Origin: a virus
DNA: 64,000 nucleotides
IMG/VR virus record: IMGVR_UViG_3300031857_007891
Coordinates: 5,673-69,672 of that record
Strand: one strand, 5' to 3'
Part shown: positions 27,768-38,700 of the stretch, piece by piece
Layout: each line of letters starts with the position of its first letter
Position numbering within the stretch: the first letter of the stretch is position 1
The notes under the pieces: generated by a model
Told to the model about the DNA's origin: nothing
Seen by the model: only the letters and a program-made list of their open reading frames with translations
Databases searched by the model: none
Program-made: the position numbers and the translations under genes

Positions 27768-27998
27768 ATGAAAAACTTAGAATTTGACGATAACATGACT
27801 CACCAACTTGAATGGATCGGACTTAATGCAATATGGGCAGGATGGACCGTGGCAATGATGTCCAATGCTATAACATGGGGACTAGGAATTGTAGGGGGTA
27901 TAACCCTGATTTGGTTCAACATAGAACGTGCTCTAACTGCTAGAAGACAGAGAGCTATGTACGATAAAAAACTACAAGAGAATGAAGAAAATGCTTAA
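27768..27998 (+). CDS. small membrane protein (holin-like)
   Basis: Hydrophobic WIGLNAIWAGWTVAMM and ITWGLGIVGGITLIWF, then a charged tail; ATG at 27768. Confidence 0.6.
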   Translation: MKNLEFDDNMTHQLEWIGLNAIWAGWTVAMMSNAITWGLGIVGGITLIWFNIERALTARRQRAMYDKKLQENEENA

Positions 27999-28566
27999 AA
28001 GAGCTGATGGCTCAAAAAGTCAAAGAGGTCTCTGGGATAATATTAGAGCTAAAGCTGCATCTAATAAGAAAGCTGGGAAGAAAGGTAAAGCTCCTAGCAA
28101 AGCTATGCTTGAACAAGAAAGAAAAATTAAAAAAGAAGAAGATATGAAATCAATGTATAAAAAAGGTGGCAATAAAAAAAATGCCATGAAAAACACTAAA
28201 AAAGAGAAAGACTCTTACATGCTTGAAAATATAGAGCTAGACTTCGAAAAAGAATCCATGGGAATGGGGGGAAAGATGAAGTATAAATCTGCTGGTTTTC
28301 CCGATCTTAACAAGGATGGAGAAACTACTTTTGCTGATGTACTAAAAGGCAGAGGAGTTGATATGAAGAAGAGTGGTGGTAAGTCTATGGAGCCAGGTGG
28401 TGGTGGAAGATTTGCTGCAATGGTCTCAGGTCTTAAAAAAGAAGGTAAATCAGAAGGTTCTGCTAAAGCTATTGCCGCTTCTATCGGAAGAAAGAAGTAT
28501 GGTAAGTCTCGTTTTCAGGAGATGGCTGCTGCAGGAAAGAAGAAGATGGGTGGAAAGAAAAAGTAA
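27982..28566 (+). CDS. Lys/Gly/Met-rich basic protein of concatenated short phage motifs
   Basis: GLWDNIRAK, FPDLNKDGETTFADVLKGRG (EF-hand-like), GGGGRF..AIAASIGRKKYG, separated by KxGG motifs. Confidence 0.75.
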   Translation: MKKMLKRADGSKSQRGLWDNIRAKAASNKKAGKKGKAPSKAMLEQERKIKKEEDMKSMYKKGGNKKNAMKNTKKEKDSYMLENIELDFEKESMGMGGKMKYKSAGFPDLNKDGETTFADVLKGRGVDMKKSGGKSMEPGGGGRFAAMVSGLKKEGKSEGSAKAIAASIGRKKYGKSRFQEMAAAGKKKMGGKKK

Positions 28567-28571
28567 TTTGA

Positions 28572-29078
28572 ATGCAAACCAAATCACATACCATCAGAAC
28601 CATATATAAAGAATACTCAAAAGAAGCAAAAGACGAAATAAGCAGTAGGGTATTCTCAGATATATGTTCTGAATTCAATCTAGCCATCATGGAGGAAATC
28701 CTAGATGGCTATGAGTTTAATATGCAAAATAACTTAGGGACTATCTCTATCAGAAGAGTAGAGAGAGACCCTAGAATCCCTCAGATTAACTGGGGAGAAA
28801 CCAGTAAGTACAAACAAGAATTGCTAGACAAAGGAGAGCAGTTGTTTGATAGTGCTACTGGTGATGGAGTTAAATGGCATATTTACTATGTAGATAAGTA
28901 CTACTATAAGTATCATTGGACTAAAAGCAGAGCAAAGATTAAGAATAAGACTGCTTATAGATTCGATGCTACTAGAGGAGTAAAGGGAAATAAAGAAAAG
29001 CTAACTGCATTGTTGCAAAATGATGATATGGCTTATTTAAGATTTAAAAAGTATGTACCTGCATACTTTAAAAAATAA
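28572..29078 (+). CDS. IHF-like protein of the crAss tail module
   Basis: F..ICSEFN....ILDG.EF.M..NLG.I.I....INW..T...Y..HW.K; position before the tail tube gene. Confidence 0.7.
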   Translation: MQTKSHTIRTIYKEYSKEAKDEISSRVFSDICSEFNLAIMEEILDGYEFNMQNNLGTISIRRVERDPRIPQINWGETSKYKQELLDKGEQLFDSATGDGVKWHIYYVDKYYYKYHWTKSRAKIKNKTAYRFDATRGVKGNKEKLTALLQNDDMAYLRFKKYVPAYFKK

Positions 29079-29084
29079 TTTAAC

Positions 29085-29978
29085 ATGGTATACAAGTTAA
29101 CATCCAGTAAGAGCATCATTAGAAAAATAATGAGAGATCTAAAACCACCCACAGATAACTGGGTGGATGACTCTATTGAATGGATGGGGGAAGCACTTGA
29201 GCATATTGGCTCAGGTCCACAGCTTGTAGAGAAGTCAAAGGTACTTTCAATCAGCAATTATAGAGTAGAGCTCCCTGCCGATTTGTATCAAATTAATCAA
29301 GTGGCAATTAGTAACAATACTAATCCTTCAATTACCACAGAACTTACTGAACTCCTCAATCAAGTAAAACAGTTAAATGCTCAGATAGTCTCTGATCCAA
29401 ATGATGCTATTAGCTATAACTATCAACTGAGAGAATTGAATGCTAGGATATTAGTTCTTGAGAATATTTATATGAATAGTGGGGAGCCTATGGCTGCTCT
29501 TCAATACAATACTGGCACTTTCCCACAGTCTGACTGTGAGGAATGTGAGAATAAGTTTGGGTCAGTAAAGCATACTTACTTCGTAGATGGTGGGTACGTT
29601 AAGACTTCATTTGAGACTGGGGCAATCTGTATAAGCTATAAAGCCTTTGATACTGATGATGACTGCTTCCCAATGATCCCAGATGATATTAGCTTTAAAG
29701 AAGCCCTATTCTGGTACTCATATAAGCAAATGTTGCTTGGTGGATACACTCCAGCAATCAATGGAATTGACTACAACTTTGCAGATGCTAAGTGGAAGTT
29801 CTATTGCACACAAGCTAGAAATCAATCTAAGTATCCAAGCATCGATAAGTACGAATCATTTATGAACCAATGGGTTCGTCTTGTACCTAACTTGAATAGA
29901 CATTCAAACTTCTTTGAGAACTTAGGTACCAGAGAGACTTTAGATAGAGGAAGATATACTAACTACGGAATACTATAA
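29085..29978 (+). CDS. tail tubular / ring protein (P22 gp4-like position)
   Basis: IEWMGEAL.HIG, LPADL, TSFETG.I.ISY.A..TD...P.IPD, W.FYC.QA motifs; directly before the muzzle gene. Confidence 0.75.
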   Translation: MVYKLTSSKSIIRKIMRDLKPPTDNWVDDSIEWMGEALEHIGSGPQLVEKSKVLSISNYRVELPADLYQINQVAISNNTNPSITTELTELLNQVKQLNAQIVSDPNDAISYNYQLRELNARILVLENIYMNSGEPMAALQYNTGTFPQSDCEECENKFGSVKHTYFVDGGYVKTSFETGAICISYKAFDTDDDCFPMIPDDISFKEALFWYSYKQMLLGGYTPAINGIDYNFADAKWKFYCTQARNQSKYPSIDKYESFMNQWVRLVPNLNRHSNFFENLGTRETLDRGRYTNYGIL

Positions 29979-32900
29979 TGGCAGCAGAAACCGGAAGATT
30001 CTTAAAGGGGATGAACAAAGACACCCCGCAGATTGATCAACCCGATGGTACATATAGGGATGCTATTAATGCTGTAGTTGACAGTAAGCTTGGAGCTGTA
30101 TGCTCTGACTTAGGGAATGAATTAACTGCACAGATACTATGGAAGTTTGTATCTAATGGGGTTGTATACAAAGTATATTTCAATATTATCGGTAATATCC
30201 CAATTCCTGGGGATGCATTTATTGTATTCGGGTCAGGATTACTTGAACAATATGAGTACAAAGACGGTAGTAGAGGAGATATAGAATTTTCAGGTATATT
30301 CTACTTATCAGATAGAGATATTATTGTAGATGGGGGTGGTACTATACTAGGAGTAGGTAATCAATGGATTATCCATGACACTTCTTTCTCTGCTAACTCG
30401 TTAATTGGATTTGTGGATTCTAAGATAATTCCACTATTCATTTCAACAAATAAAGACTTTCGTTACGTTAAAGCTCCTGTAGCCTCCGAGATATTCTTTG
30501 ACAATGTAAAACCTCTTCTAGGTCATCTAAACTTTGATAAGTATCACCCAGTATCTGGGGAGTTTAAGATACTATCTAATGGTAACATGATGGTGTACTT
30601 TACAGATAATAAGTACACTAAAGTAAACTTTGAAGATTACTTATCAGGGGATACATCTACAGGCACACCTACATCAGAGTATGACTACATAATAGATTTT
30701 AATCCCCCAAGGGCATTTAACTTAACCAGACAACTAAAGTGTTTGGCAAGTGAATTTGCAGGGGAGATATTCTTGTATCCTAACGATGTTAATAATGCAG
30801 GTATACATATCGACAGACTTAATCTATTTACAGACTCTGGTAGAATCCCTATCATAGAACTTGATGGGGTAAACTTAGGGGGTGGATTAAAGACTGGGGC
30901 ATATTACTTAGGACTAGCCTATTCTGATGAGGATGGATTTGAGACTAATGTTCTTACTCTAGCTCCTCCTGTATACATAGTCCCAACACCGGATGACTCA
31001 TTCCCAATTGAATCTATCGGGGGAGCCCCAGCAAATACACAGACTAATAAATCTATTAGATGGGAGATTAAGAACGCCAATATAGAGTATAAATACCTAA
31101 TCCCATACGTAATTCAGTATATCGGGAATGAGTTAAAAGCTATCAAATTAGAGGTAGTAGACACATTCTCTCCACTAGGCAATCCAATATATGTTACATA
31201 TACAGGGATAGAAAGAGTAGCTACAGAGTCTGTAGATAAAGTAATACTTGATAAAATAAGATATCTTACTAGCAAGGTAATGACTCAACTTGATAATAAG
31301 TTGTATCTAGCCAATATGACTGCTAGGAAGGATATAGGATTTCAAAGATTTGCTAACTCTATTAAAGTAGAACCTGTAACACGGGAGATGCTAAACTTTG
31401 ATCCTAGATACTACGATATCTACAACATCAATGAAGGTTACTCTCAACTTGTTTTCCCAGATAACGATACAACCGATACTACTCTTTATCCTCCTGCTGT
31501 AGTTGGGGATGGAGATGGTTCTACAGCTCAGACTTTTACAAACTTTATAGCAGCTAACTATAATGACTGGCATGATGGGGCAGAATATAGAGATGGTACT
31601 GCACCTTACGAATATTTAGCTACTAGATTAGGAAGAACAGATGCAAGATATCTACAGGGATTAACAGCTATACAAAATCAAGGGTATAGAGGATACAGAG
31701 ACCCATTCTTAAACTTTGCATACAAGTCATTTAGAAGACAAGAGGTATATGCATTCTACATTTCATTTGTACTTAAAGATGGAAGTGAATCATATGCTTA
31801 TCATATTCCTGGACAGAATGTAGATGAGTATTATAAAAACTGGGCTGACTTTCAAGCAAATATTCTTCAATTTAATCCTGGGGAAATTGTAGTATCTAGA
31901 CCTAACTCTAAACCATATCAGTACGTAGACACATCTGAGTTTACTACTAATACAGATATGGGGCACTGGGAGAATGAATCAGAATTCTACCCAGATACTA
32001 ACGACTTTGATATCTGGAACGTACTTAGCAATGGAGAAGCTTTTAAGGTAACAGGTAACTCTATAAGAGGCCTGAATGTTAGACACCATAAGATGCCTGG
32101 CAATAAAGGGGATTATTCTACAATTAAAGTAAACCAAGATTTCTCTAATCCTGGTATTGATTCCGATTCTACAGGTAAGAATGAAGAAAGAGCATTTGCA
32201 GAGACAGTTAGAATCTTAGGTGTTAAGTTATCAAACTTAAAGATCCCTAAACTAATTCTAGAGCAGGTACAAGGATATAAGATATACTTTGCTAAGAGAA
32301 CTCAGGTAAATAAAACTATACTTGGTCAGTCTCTAGTTCACCCTGCTAATCTTTATCTGGCAGCTAACTTCTCAGCTACATTAGATGTGGCTAAAGATGG
32401 TCCATATTTCAATATATGGGCATTTGAAGGAAAGCATATTACAGGAGGAATTCACACTAAGAGTGCATGGTACGATAAAGCATATATGGGGCAACCTGTT
32501 ATGAAGTTCCATGACTTTAACTTACTTAGGAATAAGCACAGTCTTACTGGAGCTACTCACGTAGACTTGCAGTATATAGTAACAATGCAGCACTGGAGAG
32601 GAGGATATAAGAATGCTATCCCTTCAGAGCTTACTGCACAGTATGCTGAGGACCCTTATTTTAAAGGGACATTATTCTATAAGATGTTCAGAGATGGGTA
32701 TGGGGAGGCAGAATACTCTTGGATACATGCAGACTTAGCAAACTTAACAAATGCTAACTACAGCATAACTGAACTTGATCCTGTTACGAATATTCCTATA
32801 TACGAAGAGTTCTACAATGTACCAGGAGTTAGATTCCCTTGGGGACAGGTATTTGTAGGAGCTGCTTACTGGGCTTTAGGAACATCTACAAATAATGGAA

Positions 32901-35782
32901 CAATTGTAGATGTAGGTACTAAGTTTACACAATACACTTCAGGTGGTGGAACTTACCCACTTAGAGATGTAAATGAAACTCCTCCATATGATTATCAAGA
33001 AGATTTAGCAGCAAATAATATTTTAGCAGATACTGGGTTAGATCAAACTGCTATTGAAAGATATGCTAATGGAGTTCCGTGGAATGATACAGTAAAGCAG
33101 TACCAGCATTTGATACTAAATAAGTATCAGACAGTATTCATGCTAGAACCTAATGCATCTAGTTATGTTAATGGTATTTCGTTACTTAAACCAACAGATG
33201 CAGCAGCTTATAAAGGAGCTAGCTATCTATCTAATTTATATGGTGAGACAGGTATTGCATTAGGATTAGTGTCAGGTCCTCCAGTACTTGGTGGATACAA
33301 GGATACCAGATGGACATTTGAGAATATAGTCCTAGACGCTGCTAAAAAAATAGCAAGAGAGGGAGCCGCATCTTTATTTAATGGAGTAACCCCACAAGTT
33401 TGGGGAGAACCTGTAGGAACTCCTAGCACCATTAATTCAGGACAAAATCATGTTGGTAATTCATGGTTTCCTAGCAGTGGAAATCCATATTTTGTAGATT
33501 ATTTTGAAGTAATACCATCAGGTTATGCAGAAGGATTTGCATTTGAGTATACAGGCCCGGTAGCATTAGATTTTAGAATTGATATTGATTATAAATATGG
33601 ACACTACAGAGCTTCATGTGTATGTGGGGCAGATGGCTGTATAGATAATAGAGAATCTAGTAACCATAGGATTTATATTAATAAAAAAGATGCAGGATCA
33701 GATTCTTTTACTACTGCAAACTATGTGGATAGAATGTTTTATGTAAGTGACGCTCGATGTAATGCATGGCCAACTGATGTGCAAGCTGGTTATTCTGAAA
33801 ATCCTAACATAATTTATGATACTACATTAGTTCCAGGAGATAGGATAGCTGTAACTGTGGCAAACATTAGTGGAAATGATGGTCAAGAAGATTTATATCT
33901 TGCTAGATTTATTATTAGAATTTATCCAGTTACAGGAATTACACCTGGAGATGCTACAACTAATACAGGATACTGGCTGGAAACATTCTTATTAGATGAG
34001 AAGTTAAAGTCAGGATTAAAGAACTTAATACTCAGAGCAGTTACTCAGGATCACCATGTATTAAGACAAGAAGAAGCAATTAAAGGTCGTCCTAATGCAT
34101 ACCTTACTAACTTATGTGCTGAGAAGTCAGATGTATTCGAACCATTTGATCAACAGAAATTAGTATGGACTGGATTCTATAGAGACTTATCTGATGCTGA
34201 TACTACTACTGGACTCGCACCAATTTATACTTACAATGATATTGAAAGTGGAGATGGTAAAAGAAACACTAATAAAGTAGCAAGAGTTTCATCTAGTGTA
34301 AATACTTTTGAACCAAATCCTGTATGTGCAGGAGACTGGACTACTTTTTATGACTCCACAGATGTACCAAACTATGTTGCAAGTGGACATGATGTTTATT
34401 TAGGGGAAGACAATACAGGAACATTACTAACAATTCAAAATTTAAATGCTATATCTGGAAGTAGTAGTACAGTAGAAATACAAATACCTTCTAATACATC
34501 TGTAGGTGTTCAGCCTATTAGCTTTTATAAAGGGGGAGAAAAGATAGGAGAGACACAGTATGTATCTGTAGAGAATTGCACAAGTACACCAGCTCCTGTT
34601 AGAACTAAAGTTAACCTTTACACAGTTGGAGATACAGTAGATGTATTTGGTGGTGATACTTACATATGCAAGTATTCTTACAGAACTACATCATTTGACT
34701 ACCCATTAAATAGATTTATCAAAGGTCCTAATGCTCTTTATAAAGACATACCAGGTACAGTAGATGACTACATCTTTGGGGATATCCCATTGAACATGAA
34801 GACTGGTATGTCAGGTGAGTACCCTGTAATGAAATTATCAAGTGCAGGATCATCATTATCTGGAGAGGAAAAAAGAAAATTAATCATACAGAATGAGAGA
34901 AACTGGACATGGGGTAACTATGACTTATTCTCTACTGTATATCAGGTAATTGTAGAAGCTGATGACAATCTTAACTACAGATACTCTGGTGATGTAGTTA
35001 AAGGGGTATCAGAATCTTCAAGCTTATTCTTTGATAAATCTTTAGCTGCTGATGTGGTATTTAAAACTCCACTAAAGGATTTGACTAAGCAAGATAATCT
35101 GTTGTATGAGAATCACTATTCTTCAGTTCAGGATATTAGAGTAACAGTCCCATTCCCAAAAAGAGGAAGAACGGTATCTCTATTCCCTAATAGAATAGTG
35201 AGATCTAATATTCAGACTGGGTCATTCGTAGATGCATACAGAACATTCCTTGCATTTGAATTCAAAGACATTGCACTTAATAGAGGTCCAATTAACAACA
35301 TCTTTGTACTTGAAAGCTTGCTATATATACATACTGAAAAGAGTTTATTCAAGACTCAGGGTAAGCAAACTGTAGAGTTATCTGATTCTAGTGAAGCATT
35401 CGTTGGAAGTGGGGATATCTTCATCAGAGATGTTGTAGAAATCTTATACCAATCTAATGATGGATATCTAGGATTGTATGATAAGACAGGAAGTATACTG
35501 ACTAAAGATGGGTATGTGTTCTTATCTTATAATGCAAGAAAGCTATTCATGATTGGAGGTAAAGAGGAAGTTAAAGACCTGACAGTAGCAGGAATGTCTA
35601 GATGGTTTATAGATAACATCCCATTTAAGTATGACAAATACTATGGAATGAACTCTATCTTACTTGCTAATGCCCCAAATGCTGGGTTCGGATTTACCTT
35701 AGGGTATGACCCAATCTACAAAAGAATCTTCTTAACTAAACTTGATTTAGAGACTACTCTACCTATAAACAACAATCTATAA
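29978..35782 (+). CDS. muzzle / tail stabilisation protein (P22 gp10-like), N-terminal part, with large insertions
   Basis: KGMNKD..Y.DA.N, YFTD..NPPR..N, R.EVYAFYI..V.KDG..S..YHIPG, VRHHKMP, FGGDTYI, GMSRWF, GYDPIYKR.FLTK. Confidence 0.8.
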   Translation: MAAETGRFLKGMNKDTPQIDQPDGTYRDAINAVVDSKLGAVCSDLGNELTAQILWKFVSNGVVYKVYFNIIGNIPIPGDAFIVFGSGLLEQYEYKDGSRGDIEFSGIFYLSDRDIIVDGGGTILGVGNQWIIHDTSFSANSLIGFVDSKIIPLFISTNKDFRYVKAPVASEIFFDNVKPLLGHLNFDKYHPVSGEFKILSNGNMMVYFTDNKYTKVNFEDYLSGDTSTGTPTSEYDYIIDFNPPRAFNLTRQLKCLASEFAGEIFLYPNDVNNAGIHIDRLNLFTDSGRIPIIELDGVNLGGGLKTGAYYLGLAYSDEDGFETNVLTLAPPVYIVPTPDDSFPIESIGGAPANTQTNKSIRWEIKNANIEYKYLIPYVIQYIGNELKAIKLEVVDTFSPLGNPIYVTYTGIERVATESVDKVILDKIRYLTSKVMTQLDNKLYLANMTARKDIGFQRFANSIKVEPVTREMLNFDPRYYDIYNINEGYSQLVFPDNDTTDTTLYPPAVVGDGDGSTAQTFTNFIAANYNDWHDGAEYRDGTAPYEYLATRLGRTDARYLQGLTAIQNQGYRGYRDPFLNFAYKSFRRQEVYAFYISFVLKDGSESYAYHIPGQNVDEYYKNWADFQANILQFNPGEIVVSRPNSKPYQYVDTSEFTTNTDMGHWENESEFYPDTNDFDIWNVLSNGEAFKVTGNSIRGLNVRHHKMPGNKGDYSTIKVNQDFSNPGIDSDSTGKNEERAFAETVRILGVKLSNLKIPKLILEQVQGYKIYFAKRTQVNKTILGQSLVHPANLYLAANFSATLDVAKDGPYFNIWAFEGKHITGGIHTKSAWYDKAYMGQPVMKFHDFNLLRNKHSLTGATHVDLQYIVTMQHWRGGYKNAIPSELTAQYAEDPYFKGTLFYKMFRDGYGEAEYSWIHADLANLTNANYSITELDPVTNIPIYEEFYNVPGVRFPWGQVFVGAAYWALGTSTNNGTIVDVGTKFTQYTSGGGTYPLRDVNETPPYDYQEDLAANNILADTGLDQTAIERYANGVPWNDTVKQYQHLILNKYQTVFMLEPNASSYVNGISLLKPTDAAAYKGASYLSNLYGETGIALGLVSGPPVLGGYKDTRWTFENIVLDAAKKIAREGAASLFNGVTPQVWGEPVGTPSTINSGQNHVGNSWFPSSGNPYFVDYFEVIPSGYAEGFAFEYTGPVALDFRIDIDYKYGHYRASCVCGADGCIDNRESSNHRIYINKKDAGSDSFTTANYVDRMFYVSDARCNAWPTDVQAGYSENPNIIYDTTLVPGDRIAVTVANISGNDGQEDLYLARFIIRIYPVTGITPGDATTNTGYWLETFLLDEKLKSGLKNLILRAVTQDHHVLRQEEAIKGRPNAYLTNLCAEKSDVFEPFDQQKLVWTGFYRDLSDADTTTGLAPIYTYNDIESGDGKRNTNKVARVSSSVNTFEPNPVCAGDWTTFYDSTDVPNYVASGHDVYLGEDNTGTLLTIQNLNAISGSSSTVEIQIPSNTSVGVQPISFYKGGEKIGETQYVSVENCTSTPAPVRTKVNLYTVGDTVDVFGGDTYICKYSYRTTSFDYPLNRFIKGPNALYKDIPGTVDDYIFGDIPLNMKTGMSGEYPVMKLSSAGSSLSGEEKRKLIIQNERNWTWGNYDLFSTVYQVIVEADDNLNYRYSGDVVKGVSESSSLFFDKSLAADVVFKTPLKDLTKQDNLLYENHYSSVQDIRVTVPFPKRGRTVSLFPNRIVRSNIQTGSFVDAYRTFLAFEFKDIALNRGPINNIFVLESLLYIHTEKSLFKTQGKQTVELSDSSEAFVGSGDIFIRDVVEILYQSNDGYLGLYDKTGSILTKDGYVFLSYNARKLFMIGGKEEVKDLTVAGMSRWFIDNIPFKYDKYYGMNSILLANAPNAGFGFTLGYDPIYKRIFLTKLDLETTLPINNNL

Positions 35783-35783
35783 T

Positions 35784-38700
35784 ATGGCTTTCTGTAATAA
35801 TCAATATCCTGATCAAGGGACTAATACCCCAAATGCTGCTGTAGGTTTTAACTCTGGTACTGTCACTATTGAGACAGAAGGTATTGATATTACTTATCCT
35901 ACTATAGTAATTACTGACGGAAATTTAGGATTTACTCCAAGAGAATGGTTTGGAGCTAACTTAATTGGAGCAAATATATTTGGTCTTACTTTCACGGCAT
36001 CTGAAACAGCCTGGAGACTTACTACCAATACATATGCAGCAGGACCTGCATTTAATGGTACTGATAATGAATTTTCAACTATTGATAAAGCTGGCTTCAA
36101 TCTTTGTAGAGCTGGATTCTTATATAAACCAGCTTGTATAAGCAAAATCAATGAGTGGTTAGATTCGGATGAAGCAGTCAAACAAATAGGTAGTGGATGG
36201 AGAGTTGCAACAGAAACAGACTTTAATGAGTTGCACAGAGTAATAGGTTCTCAAAATGCAGTATATAAAGTTAGAACTAATGCACCTACAACTAGTACTA
36301 CAAGTACTACATTATGGTCTACTTTGAGTACTGCAACACCAGCAGGTGTAACTTTAAATTACTCAGGATTTAATGCTTTTGCTGCTGGTGCAAGAACTAT
36401 TACCGGTACAGGGGTAGCAGGAGGTATTAACCAGCAAGCTAGATTAGCAGCATGGTGGCTAGGTCCTTCAAATGGAGATCCAAACGGAACAGATAATACT
36501 TTTACAATTAATTCTGTAATTAACACAAAATCAGTATCAGCTTGGTATCTAAATGAAAATACTCCCCCAAGTACAGGAGCCTTGATGAATTTAAGGTTTA
36601 ATACTAGTGCAGTTTTAGAAGTAGGTTCTGCTAAAGTATCCAATGACCCTCTTGCTGGTAACTCAATACGTTTAGTAAGAGATTATGTTAATCCTACATG
36701 TACTGACTTAACAACATCAAATGATGCATTAAACCGATCAATAACTTACGACTCAATTTCACTTGGAGGAGTTACATATCCTACTCTTTGGATTGGGGCT
36801 CAGAAATGGGTAGCTGCAAATCTTATAGGAAATTTTGGTAATATACCATACACAGAATCTCAAAGTGCTTGGAATAATCTTTCAGCAGAAGGTTACTCTT
36901 CTTACAATGCACCTAATGATTTATTAGGATGTTATAATGGGCATTTATATAATGGATATGCAGCTACAGCTATTAATAACAGACTTATAGCTACATCATC
37001 TCTTTATAGAGTACCATCAACAGACGACTTTAACGAACTGCTTGCAACATTAGGACTAAGTGCTGCTACTGCTGGAGGTGAGTTAAAAACAAACTCTATA
37101 TCTACAACTGAAACTTACTGGAATGATCCTAATACTGCAGCAAATAATAGCTCTGGATTTTCAGGGATAGGTGCAGGAATTCGTGGGATAACAGGAGCTA
37201 CTGCAAATTATTCTGATTTAAAAATAAGCACTAGCTTTTGGACAATAACCGCTGGAGCGTCAGCTGGACTTCAACAATCTAGAAGTCTTAGTAAAGATAC
37301 CGATGCATTTAATCTATCAGATCAAGATATAAAGTATGGATTTTCAGTAAGATTGCTTATACCTAGTATCCCAGTTAACGTATTTTTTGCTGGGGCAGGT
37401 TTAGGTACAGTTCAAATACTAGGATCAGATAGTGCTATTACTAATTCAAGTTCTGGTGGATATACTATACGATTAAGAAATGGGGAGAATGCAATTATTA
37501 CAGCAACTCCTAATCCTAACTCTGTAGTTACTTCTATTGCAGCTGCAACAGTAGTAGGGAGCACATCAGTTGCTATTACAGATGGACAAATTGCTGCTTT
37601 ATCAGAAGCCGTTAATGTCACTGTTACATTTGGCATATTTGTCCCCCCATCAATTCCTAATGAATGGGAGAAACAGAATTTATGTATAGGGGATACAGTA
37701 GTATTATCAAACTATAACTGTGACATTGTAAATACTGTATCCTACATAGTAATGGATGGAGTATCAATTAATCAATTTACTACAAATCCATCTGGAGATC
37801 CTTGCACAATATCTTTTGTAATTCCGTCTGGGGTTAGCATTGGGGAGACTGTCAGTGTAAACTTTTATGGGGGAGGTGGAACATTACTAGAGTCTCTTCC
37901 ATTCTCGGTTAAGATTTGTGGGGGTGATTTTTTTGGTCCTGATGCTAATATCGGAGCTCCTGCTTGCTCTACTATAACTTATACTAATAGTGACTGTTCT
38001 GTTATTCAGAACTTTGATCAACTATATGTAGATGGGGTACTAGCAACATATGCAATTGTATCTAATACTCCTCCTTGTCAGATAGTCATAGAGATTCCTG
38101 AATTACAAGGAAAGTTTCCTAAGCCAGTAAAAATAGATTTCTATTCTGATGGAAGACCTTCTTTTACAGAAACCTATCTCATAACAGCAAACTGTGATGG
38201 GGTAGGTGATGGAGAAGTTGTTAACCCTAGCTGTTTGGAACTATTAGAGACAGACAATCTAACATTTGTAGACTGTCAGACAGGACAGGTAGTTCCATTT
38301 GAAGAGGGAACTGTCTTTAAAAGAACTGGGTGGACAATCTCATTTTCTACTGAACTTGGGGTATGGGAGAGTAGACATACTTATTATCCGTACATGTATA
38401 TGTACAACTCAAAAGCTATGTACACTCTGTATAGGGAGTTCGGGATTGACTCATTCTGGAAACATACAGAAAGAGCTAAGAGACTTCTTTACTATGGAAG
38501 ACCCCTGCAGGATAACTTTGAACTAGAAGTTATCTTCCCTGGTGAAGATAGAAGAACTACTACAGGAACCACAACTACTAGAAACTCTAATAAGATATTC
38601 TCAGCCTTTGCAATATCAGCTGACTCTTTTGAAGATGGCTTAGACATGATGAGGAATAAGTATAATCTTCCATTCACGGAGTTCTATGTTTACAATAGCT

